Part shown: in pieces, positions 19,733 to 28,343 of the stretch
How positions within the stretch are numbered: position 1 is the first letter of the stretch
How the letters are laid out: every line of letters begins with the position of its first letter
Origin: an uncultured Bacillota bacterium
Lineage (GTDB): Bacteria; Bacillota; Clostridia; Christensenellales; UBA1242
Reading direction: 5' to 3'
DNA: 46,225 nucleotides
NCBI GenBank assembly: GCA_949298925.1
Contig: CASFYE010000002.1
Span: 1-46,225 of the forward strand
The notes under the pieces: generated by a model
Told to the model about the DNA's origin: nothing
The model's database searches: none
The model's input: only the letters and a program-made list of their open reading frames with translations
Program-made: the position numbers and the translations under genes

Positions 19733-21370
19733 TCATTTCCAATATTTTCTGTAAGCATAAATCTGTGAATAGTAAATCCCCACTGTGGCGCAACCAGAAA
19801 CATAAATAGGGAATAATATAGTTGAGAAATAAGTAACAGGATCGGTAAAAGAAACACCGCAGGCAAAATTTATTAAGAATATAAGCGCAATAAACAAAGC
19901 AAACAAACTCCACACAACAGCAGGATGCCACATTTGACTTGGCACTTTGCTAACAGTTGTTTTGTAATTATAATAAGAATAAACAACATAAACGAGTGCT
20001 ATTATAGGGAATAAGTAATAAACAAAATTTGTGGCATCAGTTGTCATCTTTGCTAAACTAAAAATAAGATAGAAAATAGCACTTCCCACACTAATTAAGC
20101 CAAATATAAAAAGGCTAACAAACAAATTTAAAAGATTTGTATTATGCTTTGTCCTAGACTTTGGCCTTTCGTAAATTTTAAAATCTACGCCTTGAGATTG
20201 ATAATATTCAGAAAGATCTTCGTAGGTTTGAAACTCATCATCGGCAGTTGTGGTTGGCTGGTTCTCAACTTCTGCCTTTGCATATAAGCTTTCGATTTTT
20301 GCTCTCACATCACTGCAATTTGGATCGACTGAAACATTTCTTTTCGGTGCAGGCAACTTTTTGTCATATCCTGAACTAGGTAAAGATATATTCAATCTCG
20401 GCGGTGCAATTCGCTTTGGTTTTGGAATTGCTTCTTCTGGCAATCTTTCGGTTATAAAAACACCATCATCTTCAATAACCACTGGCTCAACCTTTTCTTC
20501 GTGCTTTTTTAATAGGTTAAAGTTTTTAAATTCTTCTTGTGCTTGTTGATAATGCCCGTCTTTTGATTGTAACAATGCGGTTTTCAGTTCACTTAAATCT
20601 TGCTCTTGACGATCATATGATTTTGCAGGTGCAGGGGAGATAGCAAGTTGAATTTGATTTTCTGTATAACTTTTTTTATTTCTGTTTTTTGAAAAATCTC
20701 TTGAAGCATTATAAATTCGTTGGTTGTATTGCTCATTTGTTTCTGTTAAGTCAATTTGATTTTGCTGAGTTTCTGCTTGTTGGGTTTTTACTTCAATTTG
20801 CTCAACATTTTTCTCTTCGTTTGCTCTTTCAAAACTGTTTTCTTCTGACAGTTTTTCATCTCTACTAAGGTCTTTTTCCTGATCTTCGTTTACTGTTTTT
20901 TCAATTTTATCTTCTTTATCACTATCTTCGTCAGTTAAATTAAAATATTCGTCATAATCGTCATCAAGTTTTTCATCATCAGTTGAATTATATGCGTTTG
21001 ATTGTGCTAAATATTTTTCAAAATCATTTTCTTGCTTTGACATAACATTTTCAACTTTCGCTTCATTTTGTGGTATTTCTTTCACTTTGCTTAATCCACC
21101 AAATTCAACTTCTAAATTTGCCAAAGCCTTTCTTCCAGCCTCAGTTATGCTTGAATAAGAACACTTTGGTCCTTTTGAACTTTCTCTTAAATACGAAGAT
21201 ATGTATTTAAGTTCTTTCATGCGATTAATATTAGAATACAAACTAGGAAGTTTTATTTCTCTTCCATATTTCTTTTTTATTTCATCTACAAGCTCAAGTC
21301 CATACATATCTCTCATGCTTAAGCAGGAGAGTATCATGTAAGAAAGCTGTCCTTTTGCCAAAACTTCCAT
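19733..21370 (-). CDS. PadR-family winged-helix domain fused to an acidic/Gln-rich linker and a C-terminal 4-TM domain
   Basis: 545-aa ORF. The N-terminal ~90 aa (ILSCLSMRDMYGLELVDEI...YSSITEAGRKAL) look PadR-like. A ~300-aa low-complexity linker follows, then 4 predicted TM helices in the last ~140 aa. AGAGG RBS. Confidence 0.7.
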   Translation of the reverse strand: MEVLAKGQLSYMILSCLSMRDMYGLELVDEIKKKYGREIKLPSLYSNINRMKELKYISSYLRESSKGPKCSYSSITEAGRKALANLEVEFGGLSKVKEIPQNEAKVENVMSKQENDFEKYLAQSNAYNSTDDEKLDDDYDEYFNLTDEDSDKEDKIEKTVNEDQEKDLSRDEKLSEENSFERANEEKNVEQIEVKTQQAETQQNQIDLTETNEQYNQRIYNASRDFSKNRNKKSYTENQIQLAISPAPAKSYDRQEQDLSELKTALLQSKDGHYQQAQEEFKNFNLLKKHEEKVEPVVIEDDGVFITERLPEEAIPKPKRIAPPRLNISLPSSGYDKKLPAPKRNVSVDPNCSDVRAKIESLYAKAEVENQPTTTADDEFQTYEDLSEYYQSQGVDFKIYERPKSRTKHNTNLLNLFVSLFIFGLISVGSAIFYLIFSLAKMTTDATNFVYYLFPIIALVYVVYSYYNYKTTVSKVPSQMWHPAVVWSLFALFIALIFLINFACGVSFTDPVTYFSTILFPIYVSGCATVGIYYSQIYAYRKYWK

Positions 21371-21389
21371 ATTTCAAACCTCTATTATG

Positions 21390-21419
21390 ATTATACAATT
21401 ATTTTTTTAGCTTTGTCAA
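21390..21419 (-). promoter_or_regulatory. sigma-A promoter of the PadR-4TM gene
   Basis: On the minus strand: TTGACA (21414-21419), 18 nt, TGTATAAT (-10 hexamer at 21390-21395). Confidence 0.55.
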
Positions 21420-21432
21420 ACAAAATAGGGGG

Positions 21433-21450
21433 TATTATGTTGACATAATA
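21433..21450. promoter_or_regulatory. perfect inverted repeat TATTATGT-tg-ACATAATA (candidate operator)
   Basis: 8+8 bp palindrome immediately upstream of the -35 of the PadR-4TM gene. It contains ATGT/ACAT half sites. Confidence 0.35.
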
Positions 21451-21466
21451 GTAGGTTTTAAAACAT

Positions 21467-21508
21467 CGTTATTTCTGCGTAAAAGACAGCTTTTACGCAG
21501 AGATAACG
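21467..21508. other. 19-bp stem hairpin (candidate terminator of the serS / 319-aa transcript)
   Basis: CGTTATTTCTGCGTAAAAG - acag - CTTTTACGCAGAGATAACG, fully paired with one G-U. On the minus strand it is followed by AUGUUUU. Confidence 0.5.
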
Positions 21509-21659
21509 TCATAATAGAATTAATTTTAATTTATTATGTTATTATTTTATAACAATTCAATTTCACTTAAAATAATAATATAGAAAATAAATAATAAATT
21601 TTTTTTCAATTTGTTTGTTTTATTAATCTTTTATCATTCTTTGTTTTGTGTAAATAAAA

Positions 21660-21813
21660 ACACTTTGACCCTTTTAAACTTTCTCATAAATACGAAGATA
21701 TACCATTTAAGTTCTTTCATGCGATTAATATTAAAATACAAACTAGGAAGTTTTGTTTCTCTTCCATATTTCTTTTTATTTTATCACAAATTTAAGTCCA
21801 TACATATCTCTTA
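21660..21813 (-). pseudogene. decayed partial duplicate of the 5' part (codons ~19-70) of the PadR-4TM gene
   Basis: ~154 bp aligns with 21161-21315, roughly 85-90% identical by eye, with indels that break the frame. It has no start codon. Confidence 0.8.
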
Positions 21814-21928
21814 CGTTTATACAAACTCCAGCCAAAGAAACTTAAAATATATCAAATCTTAGTAAATTAAATTAATTATGTCAAAATGAAAACTTAAAAA
21901 GTTTATCTTATCTTTACAAAACGAATAT

Positions 21929-22888
21929 CTAAACTCGATTAATATTATTAAGACCGCTTATAACACGAGAAAAATTTGCAATAGCTGTCTTCGTAGCCTT
22001 GTCTTCGTTTAATGTCATATCAGGGTTTAAAATACTTTTAAATTGAGATATGTTGGAAAAATTTAAATAATTTATTATTTTAACAAACACTTCGTAAATA
22101 TTTTCACCTATAAACAATTCATCTGGTGTGTTGTAAAGCAAACTTTCAACATAAATTTGGTTTGGTCGAACATAAGCCCTTGTTGAATTTCTAATTAGAG
22201 CGTTTAAAACTTTTATCATTTTTATAAAATTATCGCCGACACGCTCAAATTTATCGTTAACAAGTTTTTCTCTGTTTGCAAAATTTATTTTATAAAATCC
22301 CTTTCTTTTGTTGATAAAAAATTTGTATGTGTCGTCTTCTAATAATACTGGATATATTATAACTTTGGTGTTAGGACCAAAATCATCAATACCAATCATT
22401 TTAAGGCTTTTTCCTTGATTATAAACAATGCTAGTTTCAGTTAAATTATGTGAAATTGCAATTTGCAAATCCGACAAAAACTTCTCCATATTATATTTTT
22501 CTGCTTGAAAATTATAAGGATTTTCTGTTTCTTTTTGTACTTTGATTTTTTTACGCTTTTTTTTCTTTTTTGAAGCATTCCAAGCAAACACAAAACGCTC
22601 TTTTAATTTTTTCCACCAATCATTATACTGCAAACTGTTAATTTCAATTTGTGGACTATCGATCGCCAGAAAATAAATATACTCGCTTTCTGCGCTTATT
22701 GCACCATTAAAATTTTCATTAACAGGTTGTAGCAAAGTTTTATCAATGCTGACAAAAGGCACAGAAAGAGCAAGTTCACCAACGGCGCCTGAGCACACAA
22801 TTTTCACCTTTTCTTCAACTGCCTCAGCAAATTCGCCAACATTTTCTTTTGCGATTGACTCAATAAGCTTTTGCGAAACACCCCTCAT
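21929..22888 (-). CDS. hypothetical protein (319 aa), possibly a degenerate Pol-beta-type nucleotidyltransferase fold
   Basis: Long ORF with an AGGGGAAA RBS, starting 9 nt after the serS stop. Internal poly-Lys stretch KKKKKRKKIK. The segment FIKMIKVLNALIRN...IYVESLLYNTPDELF is reminiscent of the helical domain of MNT/SMODS-like NTases. The family was not recognised with certainty. Confidence 0.55.
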   Translation of the reverse strand: MRGVSQKLIESIAKENVGEFAEAVEEKVKIVCSGAVGELALSVPFVSIDKTLLQPVNENFNGAISAESEYIYFLAIDSPQIEINSLQYNDWWKKLKERFVFAWNASKKKKKRKKIKVQKETENPYNFQAEKYNMEKFLSDLQIAISHNLTETSIVYNQGKSLKMIGIDDFGPNTKVIIYPVLLEDDTYKFFINKRKGFYKINFANREKLVNDKFERVGDNFIKMIKVLNALIRNSTRAYVRPNQIYVESLLYNTPDELFIGENIYEVFVKIINYLNFSNISQFKSILNPDMTLNEDKATKTAIANFSRVISGLNNINRV

Positions 22889-22896
22889 GATTTCCC

Positions 22897-24183
22897 CTAT
22901 TTTTTTATTTCTATTTTGGTTTTGCCACCCATATAAGGTTGCAATACTGGTGGAATATTAACAGAACCGTCAGCATTCAAATGATTTTCAACAAAAGCGA
23001 TGATCATTCTTGGAGGTGCTACAACAGTGTTGTTGAGAGTGTGCGCGAAAACATTGCCTTTTTCGGTTTTGTATCTAATACCAAGTCGACGTGCTTGTGC
23101 ATCTGTCAAATTTGAACATGAGCCAACCTCAAAATATTTTTTTTGTCTTGGGCTCCATGCTTCAACGTCCAAACTCTTATATTTTAAATCCGCCAAATCT
23201 CCCGTACAACAAGCCAAAGTGCGAACAGGAATCTGCATCGAAACGAAAAAGTCAACAGTGTTTTGCCATAGTTCATTATAAAATTTTTCACTATCCTCAG
23301 GTTTGCAAACGATTATCATCTCTTGTTTTTCAAATTGATGAATTCTGTAAATGCCTCGTTCCTCAATCCCATGCGCGCCTTTTTCTTTTCTAAAACATGG
23401 TGAATAGCTTGTCATTTTTAAAGGCAAGCTTTTTTCATCTAATATTGTATTCATAAATCTGCCTATCATCGAGTGCTCACTTGTCCCTATCAAATACAAA
23501 TCTTCACCTTCGATTTTATACATCATATTATCCATTTCGTCAAATGACATAACTCCACTAACAACATCACTGCGAATCATATATGGCGGAATAACATATG
23601 TGTAGCCACGATCGATCATAAAATCACGAGCATATGTTAAGATAGCTGAATGCAATCTAGCAATATCTCCGGTTAAATAATAAAAGCCTTGTCCACTTGT
23701 TCGACGCGCGCTGTCAAGGTCAATGCCACCCAATTTTTCTAAGATTTCTGTGTGATACGGAACATCAAAAGGTTTTTCCTTCGCTTCCAAAAAGGTTTCT
23801 AATTGCACATTTTCAGAATCGTCTTTTCCAACAGGAACATCGGCAGAAACAAAATTTGGTATTGTCAACATAATCTTTTTGACACGAGCAGAAATTTTTT
23901 GTTCTTCCTCTTCAACTTCTGCGATTCTCTTATTTAATTTTGCAACATGTTCTTTTATTTTTTCAGCTTCATCACGTTTGCCTTGTGCCATTAATTTCCC
24001 TATTTGAGATGATGATTCATTTTTTTCACGTCTTTTGTCATCTCCCTCTTTTTTTAAAGCACGCAACGTCTTGTCAAGATCAACAACTTCATCAACTAAT
24101 GGCAATTTGTGATCTTGAAATTTTCTTTTAATATTTTCCTTTACTAAATCAGGATTGCTTCTCAAAATATTTATGTCAATCAT
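22897..24183 (-). CDS. serS: serine--tRNA ligase
   Basis: 428-aa ORF with an N-terminal coiled-coil arm and class II motifs (FRKE, GSCSN..D.QARRL, TLNNT). Confidence 0.95.
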   Translation of the reverse strand: MIDINILRSNPDLVKENIKRKFQDHKLPLVDEVVDLDKTLRALKKEGDDKRREKNESSSQIGKLMAQGKRDEAEKIKEHVAKLNKRIAEVEEEEQKISARVKKIMLTIPNFVSADVPVGKDDSENVQLETFLEAKEKPFDVPYHTEILEKLGGIDLDSARRTSGQGFYYLTGDIARLHSAILTYARDFMIDRGYTYVIPPYMIRSDVVSGVMSFDEMDNMMYKIEGEDLYLIGTSEHSMIGRFMNTILDEKSLPLKMTSYSPCFRKEKGAHGIEERGIYRIHQFEKQEMIIVCKPEDSEKFYNELWQNTVDFFVSMQIPVRTLACCTGDLADLKYKSLDVEAWSPRQKKYFEVGSCSNLTDAQARRLGIRYKTEKGNVFAHTLNNTVVAPPRMIIAFVENHLNADGSVNIPPVLQPYMGGKTKIEIKK

Positions 24184-24207
24184 CTTAATGCTCCTTTATT
24201 ATTTAAG

Positions 24208-24235
24208 TTTATAATAATCAATAATACAAAGTCAA
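24208..24235 (-). promoter_or_regulatory. sigma-A promoter of serS (short leader, no T-box)
   Basis: On the minus strand: TTGACT (24230-24235), 16 nt, TATAAA (24208-24213). The leader is only ~20 nt before the AAGGAG RBS. Confidence 0.5.
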
Positions 24236-24321
24236 ACAAATTGATAATTATTTTATATGTTTTTTGTATTTATAGCGACTATTATGATATATAACATACT
24301 ACATATTGTGTCTAAATTCTT

Positions 24322-24350
24322 TTGCATATTTTTTTAAAATGTTGTATAAT
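24322..24350 (+). promoter_or_regulatory. sigma-A promoter of the recombinase gene; predicted leaderless
   Basis: TTGCAT (24322-24327), 17 nt, TATAAT (24345-24350), 6 nt, ATG 24357. No SD. Confidence 0.55.
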
Positions 24351-24356
24351 TCTTAT

Positions 24357-25397
24357 ATGAAAAAGCTTAACTATTTTGAAAAACGCGACATTTTAAACCA
24401 GAAGAAAATTGGCGCTATAACATCAAATTTGCCGGACTTCGTTTATGATTTTTTTATAGGAATTGAAAACAATTCATCTTCATTGACACGCAGAAACTAT
24501 GCAATGGATTTAAATATATTTTTTGACTTTTTACAAGAAATTTTACATAAAAGTAAAGATCAAATAACTTTGCAGGACTTAGACAAACTAAAATCTACAC
24601 AAATTGAACAATACTTGTCCTATCTTTCCTTTTACGAAACAGATGGGAAAATCAACAAAAATGGTGAACGCGGAAAAGCAAGAAAACTTGCAACAATTCG
24701 AAGTTTTTTTAAATATCTTTTTGACCACGACATGATCTCATCAAACGTCGCGAGTAAAGTTCCAACACCAAAGCTTCATAGCAAAGAAATAATAAGATTA
24801 GAACAAGATGAAATTGTTAGAATGATGGACGCAGTTTCATCAAACAATACATTTTCAAAAAGACAGAAAGCATACAATCGAAACACTTTCGAACGCGATA
24901 ATGCAATTGTAACATTATTTTTAGGAACAGGTATTAGAATTTCAGAATGTGTTGGCTTAAACTTGGAAGATTTTGATTTTTCACAAAACGCATTTAAGGT
25001 TACTAGAAAAGGTGGCAATCAAACTGTCCTTTATTTTTCGAGTGAAGTAGCAAACGCTCTAAAAATATGGTTAAAAAAGAGAGCCACGTTAGGATTGAAT
25101 GATGATGAAAATGCGATGTTTATTTCATTGCAAAAAAAGAGGATATCTGTTCGCGCTGTCGAAGATCTAGTAAAAAAATTCGCAAAAGAAGCAACTCCCC
25201 TAAAAAAGATTTCTCCGCATAAGTTGAGAAGCACATTCGGCACAAACTTATATAGAGAAACAAATGACATTTACATTGTTGCAGATGTACTTGGTCATAA
25301 AGACGTCAACACGACCAAAAAGCATTACGCCGCAATAAGCGAAGATATGAGAAAATCAGTAGCAGGCAAAGTTAAAATAAACACATCAAAAGATTAG
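24357..25397 (+). CDS. tyrosine site-specific recombinase, long Xer-like (XerS-like architecture)
   Basis: Catalytic signature R (GIRISE), VTRKGG, HKLRSTF, LGHKDVNTTKKHY. ~346 aa from ATG 24357. The ORF track begins at TTG 24306. Confidence 0.85.
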   Translation: MKKLNYFEKRDILNQKKIGAITSNLPDFVYDFFIGIENNSSSLTRRNYAMDLNIFFDFLQEILHKSKDQITLQDLDKLKSTQIEQYLSYLSFYETDGKINKNGERGKARKLATIRSFFKYLFDHDMISSNVASKVPTPKLHSKEIIRLEQDEIVRMMDAVSSNNTFSKRQKAYNRNTFERDNAIVTLFLGTGIRISECVGLNLEDFDFSQNAFKVTRKGGNQTVLYFSSEVANALKIWLKKRATLGLNDDENAMFISLQKKRISVRAVEDLVKKFAKEATPLKKISPHKLRSTFGTNLYRETNDIYIVADVLGHKDVNTTKKHYAAISEDMRKSVAGKVKINTSKD

Positions 25398-26608
25398 TTT
25401 TCGTTTAAAACCATCCAATCACTATATATTCCATAACCCTTTGTTGGATCAGCTGTAAAAACATGTGTTACAGCACCGACTAATTTACCGTTTTGCAATA
25501 TTGGTGATCCACTCATACCTTGCACAATTCCCCCGGTCAGTTCTATTAATCTTTTATCTTTAACTCTAAAAACTATACTCTTGTCATCGGCTTTAGATTG
25601 ATATGATGCCTTTATTATTTCTATCTCATATTCTTCCCTGATTCCACTTATACTTGAAATTATGCTTGCTTTCCCTGGGCTTACAGACAATCTCCCTCCT
25701 ATCTTCGACGAAAGATTTTCATCTATTAAATCTTCACCGTCCGTCAATTTCCCAAACACCCCATAACGTGTGTTTTTTTCTAGTTCACCTTTTACCTCGT
25801 CGTTTTGAGAAAACATGCATCTAAGTTGACCAGGATCATTCGTTTCCCCTTTATCTATACCGATCAACTTACATAGATGCACTCTCCCTTCACGCGCAGG
25901 AATACAGTTTTCACTTTCAGTTATTGCATGACCGAGAGCGCCAAATTTTTGAGTTTCTTTGTTAACATAAGTTAGTGTACCTATTCCCGAAACATCATCT
26001 TTAACCCACAAGCCCAATTTATACTTGTCAGTCGTTTTATCTTTTACACCGCGAATTTTAGCTGTGTGCATCTTATTCTTTCTTAAAAATGAAATTTCGA
26101 ACACTTCATTATCACTTTCTTCGACGCACTCACTTAACTCATCTAATGAATTTACTTCAACATCGTTAATTTTAATGATTATATCGCCCTCTTTGAATTT
26201 TTCGCTTTTTTCCGTTTCAACTAAGCCGTCAACTGAATCCACCATTTTTTCATTTATAACGATTGCTCCCTTTGCACTTATGCTGATGCCTATTGGAACA
26301 CCTCCTACAAAAACCTCCTCTTCTTCTGCGCAAACAACCACGACTTTTCTAATAGGAATAAAACCAAACAATTTAAATGTTATGTAACCCTCAGTAGTTT
26401 TATCAGTAGAAACAGATTGAGATGTTTGTTCCATCGAAGCGAAAATAAAATTTCCGAACAATCCATTTTGATTGGAATATTCCACTTCTTCACGAGTAGC
26501 TAAGAAGCCATCAGGTAGCACATATATTTCAGAAAATTTGACATTTACAAAAAGTAAAATCACTATCGTCGCACAAAGCATGGAAACCCATATTACACGT
26601 CTTTTCAT
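25394..26608 (-). CDS. spoIVB: SpoIVB signalling serine peptidase (S55)
   Basis: N-terminal TM helix, PDZ-like region, and GIGTLTY...FGALGH plus GMSGSPI motifs. I prefer ATG 26608 after the GGAGGA RBS. The ORF track uses TTG 26611. Confidence 0.9.
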   Translation of the reverse strand: MKRRVIWVSMLCATIVILLFVNVKFSEIYVLPDGFLATREEVEYSNQNGLFGNFIFASMEQTSQSVSTDKTTEGYITFKLFGFIPIRKVVVVCAEEEEVFVGGVPIGISISAKGAIVINEKMVDSVDGLVETEKSEKFKEGDIIIKINDVEVNSLDELSECVEESDNEVFEISFLRKNKMHTAKIRGVKDKTTDKYKLGLWVKDDVSGIGTLTYVNKETQKFGALGHAITESENCIPAREGRVHLCKLIGIDKGETNDPGQLRCMFSQNDEVKGELEKNTRYGVFGKLTDGEDLIDENLSSKIGGRLSVSPGKASIISSISGIREEYEIEIIKASYQSKADDKSIVFRVKDKRLIELTGGIVQGMSGSPILQNGKLVGAVTHVFTADPTKGYGIYSDWMVLNEN

Positions 26609-26617
26609 CAATCCTCC

Positions 26618-26646
26618 AAAAAAAACTATCCATAATGGATAGTTTC
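26618..26646 (-). terminator. rho-independent terminator after recN
   Basis: On the minus strand, the stem AACTATCCA / TGGATAGTT is followed by T8. It ends only ~5 nt before the spoIVB RBS. Confidence 0.65.
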
Positions 26647-26669
26647 TTTCGTTTGCGCTATTTTATTCT

Positions 26670-28334
26670 TTAATGAGCAAACTTTTGGCCACGTTTAAAA
26701 AGCTCCGTCGCATTTTGCAACATAACATCAGTAACGTCTTTACCACCAATAATGTGAGCTATTTCTTTTACAACTTCTTCGCCTTGCAAACTCTCCGCAT
26801 GACTTATTGTGGTGTCATCTTGGGTGGACTTAACTACTTTAATAAAGCTGTCTCCAACGCAAGCAACCTGAGGAAGATGTGTTATCGTGATGACTTGATC
26901 TCTTTTTGCTATGCTTGCAAGTTTTTGCGCCATCATGTTGCCAATTTCTCCGCTTATTCCAGAATCAATCTCATCAAATAATAAGGTTTTATGCTCACCA
27001 GATGTAGCAAATATGTTTTTAATCGCCAGCATCAGCCTACTACTTTCACCACCAGACGCCGTTTTAGCTAAATCTTTCATTTCTTGACCCTTATTTGCAG
27101 AAAAAACAAAGCTGACGTCGTCATAGCCATCTGCTCCAATCTCCTTCCGCTCAAACAACACTTCAAATTGTGTGGATTTCATGCCTAAATCTTTAAGCTC
27201 TTCCAAAAGTTTTGTTTTTACCACAGAAGACGCTTCAACTCTTTTGTTATGGATATTTTCACAGATACTTAATTGTTGCCTTTCAATCTCATCAATTTCA
27301 TTGTTGATCTTTTGCGAGATCTCTTTGCTTTCAATAATTTCATCAAGTTCGTCATTAAATTTTTTCAAACTTTCTAGACATGACTCAATCGTGCCTCCAT
27401 ATTTCCTCTTTAAAGAGCGAATCATATCACGTCGCTGATCCAACCTGTCAAGTTCTAATGGGTCACTGTCAATTTCTGATAATATATCTTTTAACTCAGA
27501 ACAAATATCATCAAGTTCGATAGACGTTGCCTGCAACCTGTCTGCAATCTCAGGCAAAGATTTTATATTCCCAAGTTTTGCAATAATTCGACCTGCTTGC
27601 CCAAGTTGAGTAATTGCTGAATGAGAGCCTGCTTCAAGCGAATTTAAAACCGTCCCAATCCCCTCAGTAATATCCTCCGAACTTTGTAGCAATTTAATGC
27701 GTTCATCGAGCATTTCATCTTCACCAATTTTTAAATTGGCATTTTCGAGTTCTTTTATCTGAAACTGTAAAAAATCTTTTTTAACAGCACGAGTTGACTC
27801 ATCTCCTCCTAAGCTATTTAACTTCTTTAATAACTCATGTTTTTTTTCTATCAAAAGTTTTAAATCAGTTTTTAAAGATTCATTATCACAAAATTTATCC
27901 AACATGACAATATGATTTTTTGCTTTTAAAATTTGCAGATTCTCATGCTGTAAAAAGGTGTCGACAAGTTCACTAGCGAGCTGTTTGACAAACGTTTGAG
28001 AACAAGGTGTGCCATTAACTCTTAATGAGGTTTTCCCATCACTATGAAGAGAACGAGAGATAACAAGTTCTTCCTCTTCAACAATGTCCATTTCTTTCAA
28101 AAGTTTTTTTACATTCTCACTGATGGGTTCAAAAACAGCATCAACCCTCATTTGTTCTTCACCGGTCCTCAGTAAAGACCTGTCTGTTTTAAAAGCCAAA
28201 ACAAAATTAATGGCATCAAAAATTAGACTTTTGCCAGCTCCAGTTTCTCCTAAAATGACATTCATCTTTTCATTAAACTCAATTTCTTGTTTTTTAAAAA
28301 GTGCTAAATTATGTAATGTTAAACTTTTTAACAT
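26670..28334 (-). CDS. recN: DNA repair protein RecN
   Basis: 554-aa SMC-like ORF with Walker A GETGAGKS, a long coiled coil, the signature SGGE and LLFDEID. Confidence 0.95.
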   Translation of the reverse strand: MLKSLTLHNLALFKKQEIEFNEKMNVILGETGAGKSLIFDAINFVLAFKTDRSLLRTGEEQMRVDAVFEPISENVKKLLKEMDIVEEEELVISRSLHSDGKTSLRVNGTPCSQTFVKQLASELVDTFLQHENLQILKAKNHIVMLDKFCDNESLKTDLKLLIEKKHELLKKLNSLGGDESTRAVKKDFLQFQIKELENANLKIGEDEMLDERIKLLQSSEDITEGIGTVLNSLEAGSHSAITQLGQAGRIIAKLGNIKSLPEIADRLQATSIELDDICSELKDILSEIDSDPLELDRLDQRRDMIRSLKRKYGGTIESCLESLKKFNDELDEIIESKEISQKINNEIDEIERQQLSICENIHNKRVEASSVVKTKLLEELKDLGMKSTQFEVLFERKEIGADGYDDVSFVFSANKGQEMKDLAKTASGGESSRLMLAIKNIFATSGEHKTLLFDEIDSGISGEIGNMMAQKLASIAKRDQVITITHLPQVACVGDSFIKVVKSTQDDTTISHAESLQGEEVVKEIAHIIGGKDVTDVMLQNATELFKRGQKFAH

Positions 28335-28343
28335 ATTCCACCT

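Noticed and set aside
21611-21862. 83-aa ORF on the plus strand in the 21.4-21.9 kb gap
   Set aside because: It is the antisense reading of the decayed PadR-gene duplicate. It has a TTG start and no RBS.
24184-25397. Prophage or integrative-element boundary marked by the tyrosine recombinase
   Set aside because: No phage, conjugation or cargo genes flank it. Both neighbours, serS and spoIVB, are core genes. I found no direct repeats bracketing a plausible island. The two copies of the GCGACTATTATG motif bracket 15 kb of essential genes.
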